Assembly: GCA_964496765.1 (NCBI GenBank) | Contig: CAZCAP010000002.1 | Span: 1-32,000, forward strand | DNA from: an uncultured archaeon | Lineage (GTDB): Archaea; Iainarchaeota; Iainarchaeia; Iainarchaeales; CSSED10-239 | DNA length: 32,000 nt | Direction of reading: 5' to 3' | In this document: positions 18,233 to 25,790 of the stretch, one piece after another | Layout of the letters: each line of letters begins with the position of its first letter | Position numbering within the stretch: the stretch's first letter is position 1 | Program-made: the position numbers and the translations under genes | Notes under the pieces: model-generated | Seen by the model: the letters and a program-made list of their open reading frames with translations, nothing else | Told to the model about the DNA's origin: nothing | The model's database searches: none

Positions 18233-18514
18233 ATGGATAAAAAAATAATGCCAATCCTTTTTTTAATAGTGGGATTAATAATAGGGCTTGTGGTTGGATG
18301 GTTAATATTTAATGGAGCATCAAGCACAGGAGACGCAAAAGCAATCACAAATAATTCAATTAATTTAGGAGATGCTGCTGGAGCAAGTTGTACACCAGTT
18401 CCACACACATGTTCAGGAACTGTTGGTATTTGTACAACAAATACATGTGTTACTAATGATGGAAAATCATATTTTGATTGTTCTCATTGTAACTTTGAAA
18501 CATCCACTAATTGA
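18233..18514 (+). CDS. Small Cys-rich protein with conserved hydrophobic leader (family member 1a; C-terminus altered by the duplication junction)
   Basis: Leader MDKKIMPILFLIVGLIIGLVVGWLIFNGASSTGDAK, then a 6-Cys core (SCTPVPHTCSGTVGICTTNTCVTNDGKSYFDCSHC). The last 7 residues (NFETSTN) read across the junction into antisense cdc6 sequence. Confidence 0.65.
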   Translation: MDKKIMPILFLIVGLIIGLVVGWLIFNGASSTGDAKAITNNSINLGDAAGASCTPVPHTCSGTVGICTTNTCVTNDGKSYFDCSHCNFETSTN

Positions 18515-18741
18515 TCAACAACGTGCCTTACAACTGTTGTTTTTCCTGTTCCAACTTTACCATAAATAAAAACATTGTGTGGTTTTTCTTTTTTCAAAGC
18601 AGGAGATAACCAGATAGAAAGAGTTTTAATTTGCTTATCCCTAAAAGGTAATTTTTCTGGTGCATAATGTGGAGAAATTTTGTTTTTGTCAATAAAAACA
18701 GATTCCTGGTTTAGAAACCCATAAAATATATTCTCAGACAT
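18484..18741 (-). pseudogene. Truncated Orc1/Cdc6 N-terminal fragment created by the tandem duplication
   Basis: 85-aa ORF. It is identical to cdc6 residues 1-82, including Walker A GKVGTGKTT, then has 3 junction-derived residues and a stop. It keeps a duplicated copy of the cdc6 upstream region. Confidence 0.8.
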
Positions 18742-18809
18742 TCTTATTTACACCCTTAATTAGATATAATATATAGGATTCAAATACTTTTTATATGTTT
18801 GTTCTCTCA

Positions 18810-18822
18810 TATCCAGTGGATA
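18810..18822. promoter_or_regulatory. Second copy of the TATCCA-G-TGGATA dyad (inside duplication copy 2)
   Basis: Identical sequence 672 nt downstream of the first copy. Confidence 0.3.
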
Positions 18823-18832
18823 GTAGATAATT

Positions 18833-18904
18833 TAACAAAGTTTATAAATTAAACCTATAAATATATATTTATTAAAATTACAAATTAAAGGAGATTGAAA
18901 AAAT
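18833..18904 (+). promoter_or_regulatory. Conserved promoter/5'UTR module of the family (copy 1b)
   Basis: Identical to 18161..18232 and lies within duplication copy 2. Confidence 0.6.
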
Positions 18905-19183
18905 ATGGATAAAAAAATAATGCCAATCCTTTTTTTAATAGTGGGATTAATAATAGGGCTTGTGGTTGGATGGTTAATATTTAATGGAGCATCAAGCACA
19001 GGAGACGCAAAAGCAATCACAAATAATTCAATTAATTTAGGAGATGCTGCTGGAGCAAGTTGTACACCAGTTCCACACACATGTTCAGGAACTGTTGGTA
19101 TTTGTACAACAAATACATGTGTTACTAATGATGGAAAATCATATTTTGATTGTTCTCATTGTAAATTTGCAAGCCAAAGTTAG
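18905..19183 (+). CDS. Small Cys-rich protein with conserved hydrophobic leader (family member 1b; presumed native C-terminus)
   Basis: 92 aa. Identical to 1a through ...DCSHC, then ends KFASQS. It has 6 Cys. A 9-bp inverted repeat (19184..19192 and 19212..19220) follows the stop. Confidence 0.7.
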   Translation: MDKKIMPILFLIVGLIIGLVVGWLIFNGASSTGDAKAITNNSINLGDAAGASCTPVPHTCSGTVGICTTNTCVTNDGKSYFDCSHCKFASQS

Positions 19184-19201
19184 TGAATATACAAAAATAA
19201 A

Positions 19202-20383
19202 TTATGAAAAAGTATATTCAAATATTTCTGTTTTTTTTATTGTTTCTTTTATTAGATTATCTCCTTTTGGATTTATATCTTGCTCAAAATTAAGGATATC
19301 ATCATACCAACCTTTTGTTACTGGGTGATCAGAGTTCATAAAAGAACAACAATCAGGGTAGGGAATTATGGATGATTCATAGGTTCCTATTTTTTTTGCA
19401 AGTTCAATTATTTCATCTTTATTCATTCCTATTAGAGGAGAAAGAATGGGTAGATAACTTGCTTTGTAAATGCAATTTATATTATCAAGAGTCTGAGATG
19501 CTACTTGACCTAATGAATCGCCAGTAACAATACCTTTTGCTCTTTCAGTTACTGCAATTTTGTTCATTATCTTAAGCATATACCTTCTGTAAACTATCAT
19601 ACGATGGGTTGATGGAATATTTGCAATTATTTCTTTTTGAATATCTGAAAAAGGAACTATATATAATTTGGATTTACCTTGGAACTTGGTTAATTGATTA
19701 ACAAGTAACTTTATTTTGTTTTTTACTTCTTCTTTAACAAGTGAATTATTGTATATGTGTACAAAAACAACCTCACATCCTCTTTTCATCATTAGATATC
19801 CAGCAACTGGTGAATCTAGTCCACCTGATAAAGAACATATAACTTTAGAAGTGGATCCAACAGGAAGACCACCAATTCCAGTAACTTTATTTATATAAAT
19901 TATTGTTTCTTTATCCCCTACTTCAATATACACACTTATTTCTGGAGTGTGCACATCTACCTTTTTATTTAAGGTTACAAGAATATATTCTCCTAGTTGT
20001 TCATTAATTTCTTTAGAATTCATAGGAAATTTCTTGTTAGATCTTCTTGCAACAACCTTAAAAGTAGTAAAATTAGTTAGCTTTAGGAGTTCAATGGTTT
20101 TTTCTTTAATGTCTATAAAATCATTCTTTGCTTTTCTTGAGAAAGAAAAGTATGCTATTCCTGGTATTCTTAATAATATTTCTTTTATTTTATTTTCATC
20201 TTTTTCTTGAACAAAAGAAAGGTCGATTAGGATTGAACCGTATCTCTTAGTTATTCCTCCTTTTAGAATAGATAACATATTAGTTATATTAGATACAAGC
20301 TTGTCTTCGAATAGATATCTATTATTACCTTTAATTGCTATTTCGTTATAATGAACTATTATAAAATCATACATTTTAATCAC
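19202..20383 (-). CDS. thiI: tRNA 4-thiouridine synthase ThiI (THUMP + PP-loop ATPase, no rhodanese domain)
   Basis: N-terminal ferredoxin-like/THUMP region, PP-loop SLSGGLDSPVA, and C-terminal PDCCSF. The length of 393 aa matches the short archaeal/Bacillus form. Confidence 0.85.
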   Translation of the reverse strand: MIKMYDFIIVHYNEIAIKGNNRYLFEDKLVSNITNMLSILKGGITKRYGSILIDLSFVQEKDENKIKEILLRIPGIAYFSFSRKAKNDFIDIKEKTIELLKLTNFTTFKVVARRSNKKFPMNSKEINEQLGEYILVTLNKKVDVHTPEISVYIEVGDKETIIYINKVTGIGGLPVGSTSKVICSLSGGLDSPVAGYLMMKRGCEVVFVHIYNNSLVKEEVKNKIKLLVNQLTKFQGKSKLYIVPFSDIQKEIIANIPSTHRMIVYRRYMLKIMNKIAVTERAKGIVTGDSLGQVASQTLDNINCIYKASYLPILSPLIGMNKDEIIELAKKIGTYESSIIPYPDCCSFMNSDHPVTKGWYDDILNFEQDINPKGDNLIKETIKKTEIFEYTFS

Positions 20384-20465
20384 ATAAAATTAATTTAAGA
20401 TAATATATATAATTACGACTTCAAACTATTTAAATTATAATGGATATAGAGATACAAATTGAGAC

Positions 20466-20549
20466 GTTAATTCCACAAGGTTTATAAATGATTATTATTA
20501 GTATATATTTATTAAATTTAAATTACAAACTAATGGAGTATGAAAAAAT
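20466..20549 (+). promoter_or_regulatory. Conserved promoter/5'UTR module of the family (copy 2)
   Basis: GTTAATTCCACAAGGTTTATAAATGATTATTATTAGTATATATTTATTAAATTTAAATTACAAACTAATGGAGTATGAAAAAAT. It is nearly colinear with 25710..25790. The TATA-like box is 69 nt before the ATG, and GGAG lies upstream of the ATG. Confidence 0.6.
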
Positions 20550-20786
20550 ATGAATAAAAATACGATGGGAATCCTTCTTCTAATAGTTGGATTAATAATA
20601 GGACTTGTTGTTGGGTGGTTAATATTTAATGGAGCTACCAGCACAGGAGATGCAAAAGGAATATTGAAAGGAACATCAACAGCAAATGGGTACTGTGAAG
20701 GTGGAGAAGAGTGTACAGGGCTATCAATGGCTCTATGTAATTCACAACCAGAGTGCTATTGGATCCCTGATTCAACAACCAGGTAG
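20550..20786 (+). CDS. Small Cys-rich protein with conserved hydrophobic leader (family member 2)
   Basis: Leader MNKNTMGILLLIVGLIIGLVVGWLIFNGATSTGDAK, then an unrelated 42-aa core with 4 Cys (YCEGGEECTGLSMALCNSQPECYW). Confidence 0.7.
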   Translation: MNKNTMGILLLIVGLIIGLVVGWLIFNGATSTGDAKGILKGTSTANGYCEGGEECTGLSMALCNSQPECYWIPDSTTR

Positions 20787-20801
20787 GTAAATAACTAACC
20801 T

Positions 20802-20828
20802 AAAGAGGGCATCATCCTCTTTTTCTTT
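20802..20828 (+). terminator. Hairpin plus T-run downstream of family member 2
   Basis: AAAGAGG (20802-20808) pairs with CCTCTTT (20816-20822) around a 7-nt loop, followed by TTCTTT. It starts 16 nt after the stop codon. Confidence 0.45.
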
Positions 20829-21046
20829 GATTTTACACCCAAATTACGAAAATACTATTTCTTTCGAGAATAGAAGCGAATACTTTAAATATCATTTCAT
20901 ATATAATATTAGCAGAAAACCAAGAAAATCTGGTTTTTTATTAGAAAAGGAATACAAATTTCTTTTTATATATTTTGGTATATAATTTATATACTAATTT
21001 ATAATATTTTAAAAAAATAGGAACTAAAACTTTGAGGTGAGCTAGC

Positions 21047-21391
21047 ATGGCGTTTTTAGATAAAATGTTTAATAAAAAAGAAGATGTAGATATCGAAGAT
21101 GTTCTAAACAACATGGATGTCGAAGTAATTGAAGAAGATGTTGACTTCTATGTTAAGCCAATAATCTTACAAGCAAACACAGATATTGAAGCAACAATTA
21201 AAGAATTAAAAAATAGAAACCTAGTTCTTTTAGATATAGAAAATATCTCAAAGAGAAACGCACAAAGAGCTAAACAATTTGTTGGACAATTAAAAATGTT
21301 TGTTGCTGATAATGGTGGAGATATGGCAATGATCTCAAAAACCAAATTATTACTTGTTCCTTCAAAAGTAAAAATTATTAAAAAGGTTTAA
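21047..21391 (+). CDS. sepF: Cell division protein SepF (DUF552)
   Basis: 114 aa. The N-terminal amphipathic MAFLDKMFNKK resembles a membrane-targeting helix. The core is PIILQANTDIEATIKELKNRNLVLLDIENIS...AQRAKQFVGQL...GGDMAMISKTKLLLVP. A GAGGTGA Shine-Dalgarno-like sequence lies upstream. Confidence 0.8.
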   Translation: MAFLDKMFNKKEDVDIEDVLNNMDVEVIEEDVDFYVKPIILQANTDIEATIKELKNRNLVLLDIENISKRNAQRAKQFVGQLKMFVADNGGDMAMISKTKLLLVPSKVKIIKKV

Positions 21392-21410
21392 ATTAAAAAA
21401 GTAATCTAAA

Positions 21411-22145
21411 ATGGAAATAGATAAAAAACGTTTTCCCATAAATATCAAAGAATCTAAGTACGCAGTAAAAATCTTTCAGGATGCCCTTAAAAAAAGAGGG
21501 CACGATCATGAAATAAAAAAGGAAGACGTTTATCTCACCATAACACCCTATTGGGTCGCATTCTATGACATCGGATATACTACTGAAAAATATACTCATG
21601 CTTCTGGACAGATTACATTAAATGCAGTTACAAATAATATTAATGATTATATAATCAAACTATTTGATATTGAAAAACCAGCTATTTTTAAGAACGTTAA
21701 TATTCAAAAGGCAGAAAACAATAAAGTATTTCTAAAGGAACCAATCATCAACGAAGAAGAAGCTAGAAAAACAATTACTAAAGAGCTTGTACAAAGATTT
21801 AATGTTGAAGAAAAAAATGTGTCTCTTTCTGGGGTTGAAGAAATTTATGTACCCTATTGGAAGCTCAAGACAAAGGAACATAATAAACTTAAATTTGATG
21901 CTATTGATGGAAGTGTAAACAATTTCAAAACCATTAACGAAAAAGAAGCAACATACACTGATATGTATAAGGAAATGGTTAATGATTTAAAATCTTCAAA
22001 AAAAATATCAGGATATATTGGAAACATATTAAAAGCAATTGGAAGAGGAATTACAATTATGCTACGTGAAGCATGGGCTCATTTCAAATTACTTATTATA
22101 ATTATAGGCATTGCATTAATTATTTATTTTTTATTCTTTTGGTAA
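21411..22145 (+). CDS. Hypothetical tail-anchored protein with two PYW-containing modules
   Basis: 244 aa. It has an internal repeat-like pair (LTITPYWVAFYD and EIYVPYWKLKTK) and a single C-terminal TM helix (LLIIIIGIALIIYFLFFW). It starts 19 nt after sepF. Confidence 0.5.
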   Translation: MEIDKKRFPINIKESKYAVKIFQDALKKRGHDHEIKKEDVYLTITPYWVAFYDIGYTTEKYTHASGQITLNAVTNNINDYIIKLFDIEKPAIFKNVNIQKAENNKVFLKEPIINEEEARKTITKELVQRFNVEEKNVSLSGVEEIYVPYWKLKTKEHNKLKFDAIDGSVNNFKTINEKEATYTDMYKEMVNDLKSSKKISGYIGNILKAIGRGITIMLREAWAHFKLLIIIIGIALIIYFLFFW

Positions 22146-23063
22146 AATTGCTCGTATTTCTGAGATTGTTTTTGCTTTAGAAATCCTATCTCTTAGTACA
22201 CTACTTTTAGGTGTTCCTTTTATGAATGGGATTATTGAAACTTTAAACTTAGGGAAGGAGGTAGGATACTTTTCCCAAAGGTTTACATATTCATGTAAGG
22301 CCTTTAGTTTATCTTCTCTAGTTATCTCTTCTTTGTTCCCATTGATCAAATCAAATATTCCTGGATTACCAAGTGCTCCTCGTGCAACCATGACTCCATC
22401 AAAATCAAGATAATCTTTATAGTTATCTTCAGTAACATCCCCATTATAGATAATTGGAATTGGAGATATTTTTTTAATTCTTCTAACCTCATCCGACTTT
22501 GGTGGAATTGCATAGCTACATTTTGCACATCTTGCATGAATTGCAAGCGCATCTATTCCAGTTTTAAAAAATTCATTTGAAATAAAATCAATTTCATTCT
22601 TTGTGAATCCAAGTCTTGTTTTAATGGTTACTGGTTTGGTGGTGGTTTCACAAATTTCTTTAATTATTGGAGTTACTTTTGTTACATCCTTTAGAAGACC
22701 AGAACCACTACTTCCAGAAATTATTCTTTGGGACGGGCATCCAAAATTCAAATCAATAATATCAAAGTGTTTGTGCTTATCTATTATTGATATTGCTTCT
22801 AGGGTTGTTTTCTTATTAGTAAAATCTCCAACTAATTGACATGAGGTGGGAGAATCTTCTGCTGTGGACCTTAATATTTCTTCATCAAATAACTCATCTC
22901 TAGAAAGATTAACTAAATGATTTGTATGAATCATTTCAGTATAGCAGAGCCCACAATTGTGCGCTCTTGCGAGTTCTCTATAGGGAAGTGTCGAAAACTC
23001 AAGGATTGGAGCAAGAATCCCCTGGTTCCTAATAGGAACCTTTCCTATCTTAAATTTAATCAT
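22131..23063 (-). CDS. dus: tRNA-dihydrouridine synthase (Dus family)
   Basis: IDLNFGCPSQRI catalytic-Cys motif, TIM-barrel flavoenzyme pattern (VTIKTRLG, ALAIHAR), 310 aa. Confidence 0.8.
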   Translation of the reverse strand: MIKFKIGKVPIRNQGILAPILEFSTLPYRELARAHNCGLCYTEMIHTNHLVNLSRDELFDEEILRSTAEDSPTSCQLVGDFTNKKTTLEAISIIDKHKHFDIIDLNFGCPSQRIISGSSGSGLLKDVTKVTPIIKEICETTTKPVTIKTRLGFTKNEIDFISNEFFKTGIDALAIHARCAKCSYAIPPKSDEVRRIKKISPIPIIYNGDVTEDNYKDYLDFDGVMVARGALGNPGIFDLINGNKEEITREDKLKALHEYVNLWEKYPTSFPKFKVSIIPFIKGTPKSSVLRDRISKAKTISEIRAILPKE

Positions 23064-23243
23064 ATATAATTAAGGTTAATAACTATTTAAAAACAAATAA
23101 TAAAGTTAGATGACTGGTAATAATAAGGAGCAGGCCTAATAAAAAGAAAATGCTTATAAAAAGATTTGCTCCTAATATATATACTAATTATAAAATTAGA
23201 TAAAACTACATAAATATAAAAACTAAACAAAAGCGTGAAACTT

Positions 23244-24554
23244 ATGAAATGGAGTAAAGAAACTGTAATATCTATAATAATCGTAATATTATTCGTTGGA
23301 TCAATATTTGGAATGGCAATTGGAAGTGGAAGTAGATCAGACATAGGAAATAATAATGATACGAACATAACACCTTCTAATCCTGATGAAAACCTACCCA
23401 CTGAATTCTTTAGTGCCTATGTGGACTCCAATGTTCTTGAAATCTATCCTCAATTCGTTGTTGTGAGCAACACAAACATCTATGATCAAACAACATTAGA
23501 CACCAAACTAAAACAAATTAGTGGTATTAAAAAAAATACAATTAGTTTCAATAAGGGAGAAGATCAAAATATAACTACAATGATTAAAATAGTTATTGAT
23601 GCAGATAAGAGAGATCAAATTATAGAGGATCTTCAAAAAACAGATTATTTATTAAATCCACAAATTTATGTGAGTGCATTGCTTACAATGCCAAAAGAAA
23701 AAGTAACATTATCTGGAGACAATAATACTACTAGAGAATATGAGTTTACTGAAAGTCAGATTGATGGAGTAGTAGGAATAAATACAGAAAGGGGAGATGA
23801 GCTGAATGCTCAAATTCAAATTGTATTTCAAGGAAACACTCCAGTTAGATTCCTCGCAATTGAGTATCAAAACACTTCTGCAAACCCACAAATGATGGCA
23901 ACCACAAAGATAATTCCAATTAAGGAATGGGAACCAGCAATTAGAGTTTATGCAACCTCTTCAATCACAAAAGAATTTGATGTTAATGAAATTAAAGATG
24001 TTATTGGAGATGAAAACCAAGTAATTGGAAGAAGTGTTGAGGGTTCTCTCACCATAAACCTAGAAAACAATTTAGATACAAATAATATTAATGATTACCT
24101 AACAGGAATCAAAGACGAAAATGAAACTGTAATCAAAGATCTTACAATTGATGAAAATCAAGCAAGTGTTGAATTTGAAATGAATCTAAAAACAGAAAAA
24201 TATGATTCAATCAAGAACCAGCTACTTGAATTTGGAATAGATTCCTCAAAAATCAATAGCGAACCAAACAATATATACAGAATTGAATACAGTGTAGGTG
24301 ATCTTAATCTAGATTTAATTAATAATAAACTTGTAGCTAGTGGACTAGCACTTAAGTATTCAGAAAAAAATGCAATCTTTGATGTGTCAACAATTGAATA
24401 TCAAGGAAAAGTACTAACCTCAGATTCAAACACATCAAATGCTTGGTTACTATATCCTGATGATTTAAGTAAAACAGAAGTAGATTTGATAATTCAAGGA
24501 TATTATACCAGAAACAATCTTTGGTTTATAGAATTAAAAGAAAATAGAGAATAA
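23244..24554 (+). CDS. Hypothetical N-terminally anchored extracellular protein
   Basis: I prefer the ATG at 23244 (MKWSKETVISIIIVILFVGSIFGMAIG) to the ORF-track GTG at 23235. It has one N-terminal TM or signal helix, then about 400 aa that are Asn/Thr/Glu-rich with no motif I recognise. Confidence 0.5.
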   Translation: MKWSKETVISIIIVILFVGSIFGMAIGSGSRSDIGNNNDTNITPSNPDENLPTEFFSAYVDSNVLEIYPQFVVVSNTNIYDQTTLDTKLKQISGIKKNTISFNKGEDQNITTMIKIVIDADKRDQIIEDLQKTDYLLNPQIYVSALLTMPKEKVTLSGDNNTTREYEFTESQIDGVVGINTERGDELNAQIQIVFQGNTPVRFLAIEYQNTSANPQMMATTKIIPIKEWEPAIRVYATSSITKEFDVNEIKDVIGDENQVIGRSVEGSLTINLENNLDTNNINDYLTGIKDENETVIKDLTIDENQASVEFEMNLKTEKYDSIKNQLLEFGIDSSKINSEPNNIYRIEYSVGDLNLDLINNKLVASGLALKYSEKNAIFDVSTIEYQGKVLTSDSNTSNAWLLYPDDLSKTEVDLIIQGYYTRNNLWFIELKENRE

Positions 24555-24571
24555 ATAATTTATTCTCTTAC

Positions 24572-24910
24572 TTATTTTTTATTTGCAAGCTCAATTGCTT
24601 CTGCAATATCTCCACTAGTCTCAAGAAGTAGTTCCTTTGCTTTATCTTTGGATATTTTTGAGGTTTCAGAAACCATAACAACATCTTCTTCAGGAATTTC
24701 TTTCTCTCCTTCAGAAATATCTCCGGCTATTTGAAAGCTTCTATTCCCCTGCATGTTAATCTCAGTAACTGATGGATTAGTAATTATTATGTTTCCGTTA
24801 TCAGTTTCAATAACTACTCTTTTTGCATCAATTTCCTTGTTCTCAATACCCATTTGCTTCATCATAGCATTTATCTTTCTAGGATCTAGTCCATTCATTC
24901 CTGGAATCAT
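24572..24910 (-). CDS. nac: Nascent polypeptide-associated complex protein (archaeal NAC, NAC + UBA domains)
   Basis: MIPGMNGLDPRKINAMMKQMGI... is the NAC domain, and the C-terminal UBA-like end reads AKELLLETSGDIAEAIELA. 112 aa. Confidence 0.85.
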   Translation of the reverse strand: MIPGMNGLDPRKINAMMKQMGIENKEIDAKRVVIETDNGNIIITNPSVTEINMQGNRSFQIAGDISEGEKEIPEEDVVMVSETSKISKDKAKELLLETSGDIAEAIELANKK

Positions 24911-25056
24911 AGTTATTTCTCCTTTAAATATTATGTTACTATAAATAATATGTGTGGAAAGTAATAAAAAGGATTTAGACTACATAAAATAAAGATTTAT
25001 AACCTTTAGTATACATTATATTTTTAATTAAAAGAATAAGTTAAGTAAGATTAAAC

Positions 25057-25683
25057 ATGCAAAATGGACTTCCAAGTAACTACGAATCAATTGAAAAACA
25101 ACTAAATATTAAGATTCCTGAAACAGATAAAGAATATTTAAATGCTTTTTTAAAGAAAAAATCATTTCACATAGTTAATAGAAAGATTATTTATCCAAAA
25201 ATAGAGGATGTTAAGTATATTGTTGAAAAACTTAGTTCTGAGGTTAGGGAACTAAAATCAACAAGCGATTTTTGGAAAAAAGAAAAAAACACAGCTGAAA
25301 AGTATCACAGGCTATTACCAATTAACATGGTTCTAAAGAAGAACTATTGGAGACATAATGTTAAAAAACTAATTAATAAGAAATACAAGCAGGACATAAT
25401 TGATGCTAAGCTAAATGATAGAATCCTATTGGACCCAGAATACAAGAATCTTTTTGAAACCTTCCTTGTTGATCCAGACTATAGAAAAAAGCTAAAGGAC
25501 ACAGTAAACAATTCAATCATATACAAGAACAACAAGATTGGAGACTATAGCATAAGAAAGCAGGAGTTTAAGAAAACAAGTGCTGAGCTTAAGGTCAAGC
25601 AGGTAGAAGAACAAATTAAAGATGCGACCCATAGGCTAAAGATATACGAAAAAGTATATGAATATCTAAAGAGATACGGTTAA
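25057..25683 (+). CDS. Hypothetical Lys-rich, probably helical protein
   Basis: 208-aa ORF with genome-typical composition and a TATA-like box upstream. I recognise no motif. Confidence 0.45.
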   Translation: MQNGLPSNYESIEKQLNIKIPETDKEYLNAFLKKKSFHIVNRKIIYPKIEDVKYIVEKLSSEVRELKSTSDFWKKEKNTAEKYHRLLPINMVLKKNYWRHNVKKLINKKYKQDIIDAKLNDRILLDPEYKNLFETFLVDPDYRKKLKDTVNNSIIYKNNKIGDYSIRKQEFKKTSAELKVKQVEEQIKDATHRLKIYEKVYEYLKRYG

Positions 25684-25709
25684 ATAAATATCAAATTAAG
25701 GGGGGGCCA

Positions 25710-25790
25710 GTTAATTTTGCAAGGTTTATAAATGATTATTACTGTATATATTTATTAAATTTAAATTAAAAAACTTAAGGAGATAAAATT
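25710..25790 (+). promoter_or_regulatory. Conserved promoter/5'UTR module of the family (copy 3)
   Basis: GTTAATTTTGCAAGGTTTATAAATGATTATTACTGTATATATTTATTAAATTTAAATTAAAAAACTTAAGGAGATAAAATT. It matches copy 2 at most positions. The TATA-like box is 66 nt before the ATG. Confidence 0.6.

Larger units (their letters stand above)
17821..18492. repeat. Tandem direct duplication, copy 1 (672 bp)
   Basis: By eye, every position of 17821..18492 matches 18493..19164. The unit covers cdc6 codons 1-82, the whole cdc6 to small-gene intergenic region, and nearly all of the Cys-rich small gene. Confidence 0.9.
18493..19164. repeat. Tandem direct duplication, copy 2 (672 bp)
   Basis: The offset is exactly 672 nt from copy 1, and the ORF-track proteins are identical across the copies. 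The junction reads ...cattgtaa|ctttgaaaca... Confidence 0.9.

Noticed and set aside
18160-18408. 82-aa ORF antisense to the Cys-rich small gene (duplicated at 18832..19080), plus the + strand frame-shifted ORFs 18372..18569 and 19044..19328
   Set aside because: These are shadow ORFs on the opposite strand or an alternative frame of a gene that has a clear promoter, SD and conserved paralogues. They have no upstream signals of their own and unremarkable composition.
17821-19164. The 672-bp repeat as an insertion sequence, MITE or integrated element
   Set aside because: There is no transposase or integrase, no terminal inverted repeats and no target-site duplication. The units abut head-to-tail and consist of ordinary chromosomal sequence (cdc6 5' end plus its neighbour), so it is a simple tandem duplication or an assembly artefact.
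20830-21046. Long (~220 nt) spacer upstream of sepF, with small AT-rich hairpins (for example AAAACCA/TGGTTTT at 20916..20937 followed by a T-run), considered as a possible small RNA
   Set aside because: The stems are short and AT-rich, as expected by chance at this base composition. There is no convincing promoter-to-terminator unit and no conserved structure I can recognise. The region most simply holds the sepF promoter.
25700-25712. The GC-rich run GGGGGGCCAG, and other intergenic regions, screened for tRNA or other structured RNA genes
   Set aside because: No GC-rich stretch is long enough for a tRNA cloverleaf (about 70+ nt), and no acceptor or T-arm pattern is present. No tRNA, rRNA or CRISPR repeats are evident anywhere in the window.
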